Source: a virus
Taxonomy: Duplodnaviria > Caudoviricetes
Length of the DNA: 30,865 nt
Virus record (IMG/VR): IMGVR_UViG_3300030708_003349
Location: 1 to 30,865 of that record
Strand: one strand, 5' to 3'
Shown here: positions 27,054-30,865 of the stretch, in pieces
How the letters are laid out: every line of letters starts with the position of its first letter
Position numbering within the stretch: position 1 is the stretch's first letter
The notes under the pieces: model-generated
Databases searched by the model: none
What the model saw: only the letters and a program-made list of their open reading frames with translations
What the model was told of the DNA's origin: nothing
Translations under genes and position numbers: made by a program

Positions 27054-27077
27054 TAGATCAGTCAACACCACACCGAC

Positions 27078-27377
27078 ATGTTCACTTCTCTCACCCGTCG
27101 TCAGTCCTTTGGTGCCACCTACCAGTGGGCGATCCTCTCAGTCCTGCCTATGGACAACGGAGACGACGGCATGGCACAGGATGGACTCCGACCGATCGAC
27201 ATCAACACCGCCCTGGGGATGCCGAACGATGCCCGCACCGGTCTCTCAAAACTCCTTAAGAGGATGGCAACACAGGGACTCATCAAACGTCACGAACTTG
27301 GTCCCCGGTGGGTAGAGTACACCCGGTTGCTGCCACTGCGGAAACGTGAGAGGATCGCACGGTGGATCTGGGGGTAA
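27078..27377 (+). CDS. Putative winged helix-turn-helix DNA-binding protein
   Basis: AILSVL...LRPIDINTALGM...GLSKLLKRMATQGLIKR...RWVEY pattern. Confidence 0.65.
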   Translation: MFTSLTRRQSFGATYQWAILSVLPMDNGDDGMAQDGLRPIDINTALGMPNDARTGLSKLLKRMATQGLIKRHELGPRWVEYTRLLPLRKRERIARWIWG

Positions 27378-27392
27378 CCCCCCCCCAGATAC

Positions 27393-27457
27393 CTAGACTA
27401 GGATCCTAGACGATAGAACTCGACTAGGATTCTAGACTAGATTCCTCGACGAGATAC
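27393..27457. repeat. 5 x 13-bp imperfect tandem repeat (CTMGACKAG core)
   Basis: CTAGACTAGGATC CTAGACGATAGAA CTCGACTAGGATT CTAGACTAGATTC CTCGACGAGATAC. Confidence 0.85.
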
Positions 27458-27465
27458 ATCATCAT

Positions 27466-27522
27466 TAACATATAACATAACATATAACAGTACGAGATGT
27501 AACATATAACACACACGAGATG
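27466..27522. repeat. AT-rich TAACATATAACA repeats
   Basis: TAACATATAACA at 27466, 27478 and 27500; the last two followed by ACGAGATG. Confidence 0.8.
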
Positions 27523-27606
27523 TGTGCATTTTTTTATATCTCGTAACACATAAAAATAAGTTCTACCTCCATCCTAGCACACCGCACCCCCACCCCCCCC
27601 TACGTT

Positions 27607-27665
27607 GTGCCACTAGAAGAAGTGGCACCCAACCCCTTGACAAGTCCCGCGGGGGGGACTAGAAT
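27607..27665 (+). promoter_or_regulatory. Dyad promoter module with -35, no downstream ORF
   Basis: GTGCCACT-N6-AGTGGCAC, TTGACA (27637)-N17-TAGAAT (27660). Confidence 0.78.
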
Positions 27666-28105
27666 AAAAGCAGAAGAAAAAAGAAAATAAAAAAAAAGAC
27701 GTAAAGTCTTTTCCCTTTTTCTATTGGTAGCATCTTGGGATCTCGATTGCCGGTCTGGATGTGCCACTTTCCAGATTGTCACACTGCCATGGGTGCTGCT
27801 GATACCATGCCGGGTGCTGATTGTCAAGGGTTCTGTTACATAAGGAAACGTGATGATTTCAGGATTTGTTTGGATTTGAGGGGTTGCCATTGCGTGATTC
27901 CGGGGCAGACTGAGGGGGACCGAAACCCAGACCGATGCCTGAATCACTTGTCTTGCTAGTGGGACTCTCCTTTGTGTGGATTGATGACGACACTGTAACA
28001 GTTCGTCATGAGAACCGGGATCGGTGTCGATCGACACGTCTTCCGATTTCCTTCGGAATTGTACAGGACCGCGGAACTGAATCTCGTGAGATTTCCCGTG
28101 AGAGT

Positions 28106-28163
28106 GTGACACCTTTGGAACTGGTTTCAGAATGGGAGGTTTGCTGATCTGAGTCTGTAGACT
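28106..28163 (+). promoter_or_regulatory. Degenerate dyad promoter module
   Basis: GTGACA-N10-TGGTTT, 30 nt, TAGACT at 28158. Confidence 0.62.
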
Positions 28164-28191
28164 TCAAATGTCCAAACAACCACAAAGGACC

Positions 28192-28404
28192 ATGAGACAC
28201 TTTGACACGATCGCAAAGATGAGCATGGGAGCATTGCTCACAATCCTAATTTCTGCAGGGGGACAATACATTTTGAACAATAATGCGAAGGACAAGTGCA
28301 GACTAAACACTGATCTGCACTTGATTGTCATTGATTCCTTTATCGGTGACACATTTGGATGCATCCATCATCCGGCATGGGGTCTGCGTCCTAGGGAGTA
28401 TTGA
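28192..28404 (+). CDS. Small protein with one TM segment
   Basis: AAGGA RBS in the repeated leader; hydrophobic MGALLTILISAGG. Confidence 0.7.
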   Translation: MRHFDTIAKMSMGALLTILISAGGQYILNNNAKDKCRLNTDLHLIVIDSFIGDTFGCIHHPAWGLRPREY

Positions 28405-28406
28405 TT

Positions 28407-28631
28407 ATGTTTACGAAAGGTAACTTAGGTGCACAATGTATTCCAAACCCTGACGGATTAGGATGGGTTGTTGTTGCTTTTAACGTCGAAACTAGAGAAT
28501 CGATGATTATCTCAAACCCTATCTATTCTCTTGCCGAAGCAACAGAACGTGCGAAAAAATGGGTTGGGATTGTCAGACCTTTCGATTTTGACATTTTCGA
28601 TCAACATTTATCAGAACGTTTAGGGTTCTGA
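28407..28631 (+). CDS. Hypothetical protein
   Basis: GGGAG RBS, 74 aa. Confidence 0.7.
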   Translation: MFTKGNLGAQCIPNPDGLGWVVVAFNVETRESMIISNPIYSLAEATERAKKWVGIVRPFDFDIFDQHLSERLGF

Positions 28632-28645
28632 TACCATGGGGGATT

Positions 28646-28741
28646 AACTCCCCTTTCTAGAGTGTTCACACGGTGTGGTTGCCGCGGACGGGATCCCGGT
28701 TTCAACACTGAGATCCCCTGAACACTCTACAAAGGGGAGTT
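28646..28741. repeat. 23-bp inverted repeat enclosing 50 nt
   Basis: AACTCCCCTTTCTAGAGTGTTCA (28646-28668) versus TGAACACTCTACAAAGGGGAGTT (28719-28741), 22/23 complementary. Confidence 0.9.
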
Positions 28742-28781
28742 CTATGGTATGATTAGCAAGTCCAAACAACCACAAAGGACC

Positions 28782-29069
28782 ATGCTCACAACCACACCTT
28801 TCCAGATCTTATTTTGTGACCAGTCTTGGCACAATGAGTGGACCGTAGTGGAAACACTCTCTAGAGAATCTTGTCTCTCTGCGGTTCTCACTGTATGGGA
28901 GGAGATCTCAAAGGATATTGAGAACGAATGTAACACCTGGGGGATGATGCGAATTCGCAGAAAGTCTGACGGTTACATTATCGCAGAATGGCAGTATTGT
29001 TGCGATGATGTTGATGTTGTGGAGGGAGAATTAGTCCCGTTAGGGTATGCTTGGCATCAGACAAAGTAA
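28782..29069 (+). CDS. Hypothetical protein
   Basis: Same 25-nt leader as 28192 gene; TGG-TATGAT -10 at 28745-28753. Confidence 0.72.
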   Translation: MLTTTPFQILFCDQSWHNEWTVVETLSRESCLSAVLTVWEEISKDIENECNTWGMMRIRRKSDGYIIAEWQYCCDDVDVVEGELVPLGYAWHQTK

Positions 29070-29264
29070 CACTAACTGCACGGGGGTTAATTAACACTAA
29101 CCCCCTGCGATCGTTCGTGAACAGCAGTTATTTTATGTTGTGCCCCCCCGGTATATAAAACCAATGGGTCCCCACAAGCTATAAACGACCCAGATCGACC
29201 TTTAAATATCTCTCCCATAAAAAAAATTTTTGATATATAAAAACATGGCACAGGATTCAAAGAG

Positions 29265-29435
29265 ATGCAAAAAAATCCGCAGGAAAATTTAACGGTTGTA
29301 GAGATCGACCCAGTATCGGGGGAGCATTATATCACAATACCTGAGTGGGTATGTGATGAGAATGGATGGTACGAGGGAGTAGAAGTAAACATCGAAGTCG
29401 ATAAAGATTCTATAATTGTTCGAAGTGTCGATTGA
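29265..29435 (+). CDS. AbrB/SpoVT-like small DNA-binding protein (56 aa)
   Basis: Manually translated: GEHYITIPEWVCDENGWYEGVEVNIEVDKDSIIV swapped-hairpin pattern. Confidence 0.72.
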   Translation: MQKNPQENLTVVEIDPVSGEHYITIPEWVCDENGWYEGVEVNIEVDKDSIIVRSVD

Positions 29436-29440
29436 GTCCC

Positions 29441-29469
29441 TTGACCTCGTATAGATAGAGTGTTATGAT
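29441..29469 (+). promoter_or_regulatory. Sigma70-type promoter TTGACC-N17-TATGAT
   Basis: Near-consensus with TG extension. Confidence 0.78.
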
Positions 29470-29491
29470 ATTGACGTAGTTACTTACAGTT

Positions 29492-30256
29492 ATGGCTAAA
29501 GGATTCACTGTTAAAGCAAAGAAACCACCACAGGGCAAAGAAACGGCAACGGCAGAGTGGGACTATGATAAGGCCAAGGAAATGGTAAAGGGCAAGAGCA
29601 TTGTCTTTTGCCTGCCAGGTCGTGGAGTCTCATATACATATCTGAAAAATTTTGTACAATTGTGTTTTGATCTTGTGCAAGCAGGTGCAAGCATTCAGAT
29701 TTCACAAGACTACAGTTCAATGGTAAACTTCGCAAGATGTAAGTGTCTTGGTGCTAATGTACTGCGAGGACCGGACCAGGTGCCATGGGACGGTAAGTTG
29801 AACTATGACTGGCAACTATGGATTGATAGTGATATTGTATTCAACTCTGAGAAGTTCTGGCAATTGGTTCTGATGGATCAAGATATTGCAAGTGGATGGT
29901 ATTGTACCGAAGACGGTCGTACCACAAGTGTTGCACACTGGATGGAAGAAGAAGACTTCCGTAACAATGGTGGTGTAATGAATCATGAAACACTTGAGAG
30001 TATCTCCAAGCGTAAGAAACCCTTCACTGTAGACTATGCAGGTTTTGGATGGTTGCTGATTAAGTACGGAGTCTTTGAGCATTCTGATATGAAGTATCCA
30101 TGGTTTGCACCGAAGATGCAAGTCTTTGAGTCTGGAGAGGTTCAGGACATGTGTGGAGAAGATGTATCATTCTGTCTCGATGCTATCGAAGCAGGTTTTG
30201 AAATCTGGTGCGATCCTCGTATCAGAGTTGGTCACGAAAAGTCAAGGGTCATCTGA
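29492..30256 (+). CDS. GT-A fold (GT2-like) glycosyltransferase-like protein
   Basis: LWIDSD (DxD), AGFGWLLI, GEDVSFC, VGHEK motifs. Confidence 0.8.
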   Translation: MAKGFTVKAKKPPQGKETATAEWDYDKAKEMVKGKSIVFCLPGRGVSYTYLKNFVQLCFDLVQAGASIQISQDYSSMVNFARCKCLGANVLRGPDQVPWDGKLNYDWQLWIDSDIVFNSEKFWQLVLMDQDIASGWYCTEDGRTTSVAHWMEEEDFRNNGGVMNHETLESISKRKKPFTVDYAGFGWLLIKYGVFEHSDMKYPWFAPKMQVFESGEVQDMCGEDVSFCLDAIEAGFEIWCDPRIRVGHEKSRVI

Positions 30257-30417
30257 TGGGTCAGACGAAGTATACAGTTCTCCATAAGGGCAAAGTATTA
30301 TTCAAGAACTTGACGGAGGATGAGTATTTTGTTATCATGGAGGACCTTTCGGTAGAGTATTATCAGAAGGGTTCTCCAAGACCTCAAGATCTTGAAACAA
30401 AAATCACACAGTATTAA
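30256..30417 (+). CDS. Small hypothetical protein
   Basis: TGATG coupling. Confidence 0.72.
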   Translation: MGQTKYTVLHKGKVLFKNLTEDEYFVIMEDLSVEYYQKGSPRPQDLETKITQY

Positions 30418-30425
30418 GGAGTATT

Positions 30426-30575
30426 ATGGCAGTTCGTTCAAAGGTTGGTTTGGTCAAAGACGGCTTTATGCCTGGCAAACCGAAAAAGTCTCGTCAAGGA
30501 GACGGTAAGAACACGAAATATGCGGCAACCTCGCGTAACTCGGCTCGTAAAAGGTATCGGGGACAGGGACGATAA
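30426..30575 (+). CDS. Small basic protein ending RKRYRGQGR (49 aa)
   Basis: Manually translated; AAGGAG RBS. Confidence 0.8.
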   Translation: MAVRSKVGLVKDGFMPGKPKKSRQGDGKNTKYAATSRNSARKRYRGQGR

Positions 30576-30676
30576 TGGGACGTTGGATTCACAAAGGGGG
30601 TAAATCAAGACCCGACAAAAGATTTAAAAATGTCTTGACACCCAAAAAAGCAGCAAAACCCAAAAAGAAAAAGTAA
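30575..30676 (+). CDS. Lys-rich peptide (33 aa)
   Basis: Manually translated MGRWIHKGGKSRPDKRFKNVLTPKKAAKPKKKK; TAATG coupling at both ends. Confidence 0.6.
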   Translation: MGRWIHKGGKSRPDKRFKNVLTPKKAAKPKKKK

Positions 30677-30865
30677 TGTATGATATGAATCACGATCATC
30701 AATATGTTTTAAAATTGATCCGTGAGCAACAGACCAAACTAGCACCCAGTCTTATACCTGGTGCTGGTGTTGGTCTTTTTGCTCTGGTAGATATTCCAAA
30801 AGACACTTTAATCAAGGGGTGTAGAGCATTTAGAGAATACACTGGTATCCAACAAGACTATGTTA
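30676..30865 (+). CDS. SET-domain protein, N-terminal fragment (runs off window)
   Basis: LAPSLIPGAGVGLFALVDIPKDTLI matches SET motif I (GxGxGLFA..DI). Confidence 0.68.
   Translation, partial: MYDMNHDHQYVLKLIREQQTKLAPSLIPGAGVGLFALVDIPKDTLIKGCRAFREYTGIQQDYV

Noticed and set aside
19410-27782. Dyad as a CRP (TGTGA-N6-TCACA) or NtcA (GTA-N8-TAC) box
   Set aside because: Half-site sequence and spacing (GTGNCA-N10-TGNCAC) do not match either consensus
27600-28147. 170-aa minus ORF and 70-74 aa plus ORFs
   Set aside because: They run through promoter, dyad and homopolymer tracts and have no recognisable protein features
19410-28163. CRISPR array interpretation of the recurring dyads
   Set aside because: Copies are degenerate and separated by whole genes of variable length; no cas genes in the window
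25400-28750. Apparent enrichment of restriction-type palindromes (CCGG, CCATGG, GGATCC)
   Set aside because: The region is also GC-richer and CCGG occurs in the structural genes too; not supportable without counts

Overview
A 30.9-kb segment of a T4-like cyanophage (marine cyanomyovirus type; inferred from CP12, 2OG-Fe(II) oxygenases, NATAAATA late promoters and gene style). Nearly all genes are on the + strand. 1-77: partial tRNA-Leu(TAA). 450-10722: late module with a large virion/tail-fibre protein, a second fibre, a Gly-rich adhesin and two 2OG-Fe(II) oxygenases. 10855-19407: SF2 helicase, putative PD-(D/E)xK nuclease, glutaredoxin-like protein, NUMOD4-HNH endonuclease, cupin, possible NblA-like domain, CP12 and many small ORFs. 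19410-29260: an early/host-takeover-like region of short gene modules. 29265-end: AbrB-like regulator, glycosyltransferase-like gene, two basic peptides and a truncated SET-domain gene. The main unexplained structure is non-coding. A 22-bp GTGNCA-N10-TGNCAC dyad recurs about 11 times, mostly about 30 nt upstream of a -10 box, marking gene-cassette boundaries. A second motif, CTMGWCKAG, forms a 5 x 13-bp array next to a winged-helix gene. There are also divergent promoters without ORFs, candidate structured RNAs and a 23-bp inverted repeat. All calls are by eye; no searches were run.
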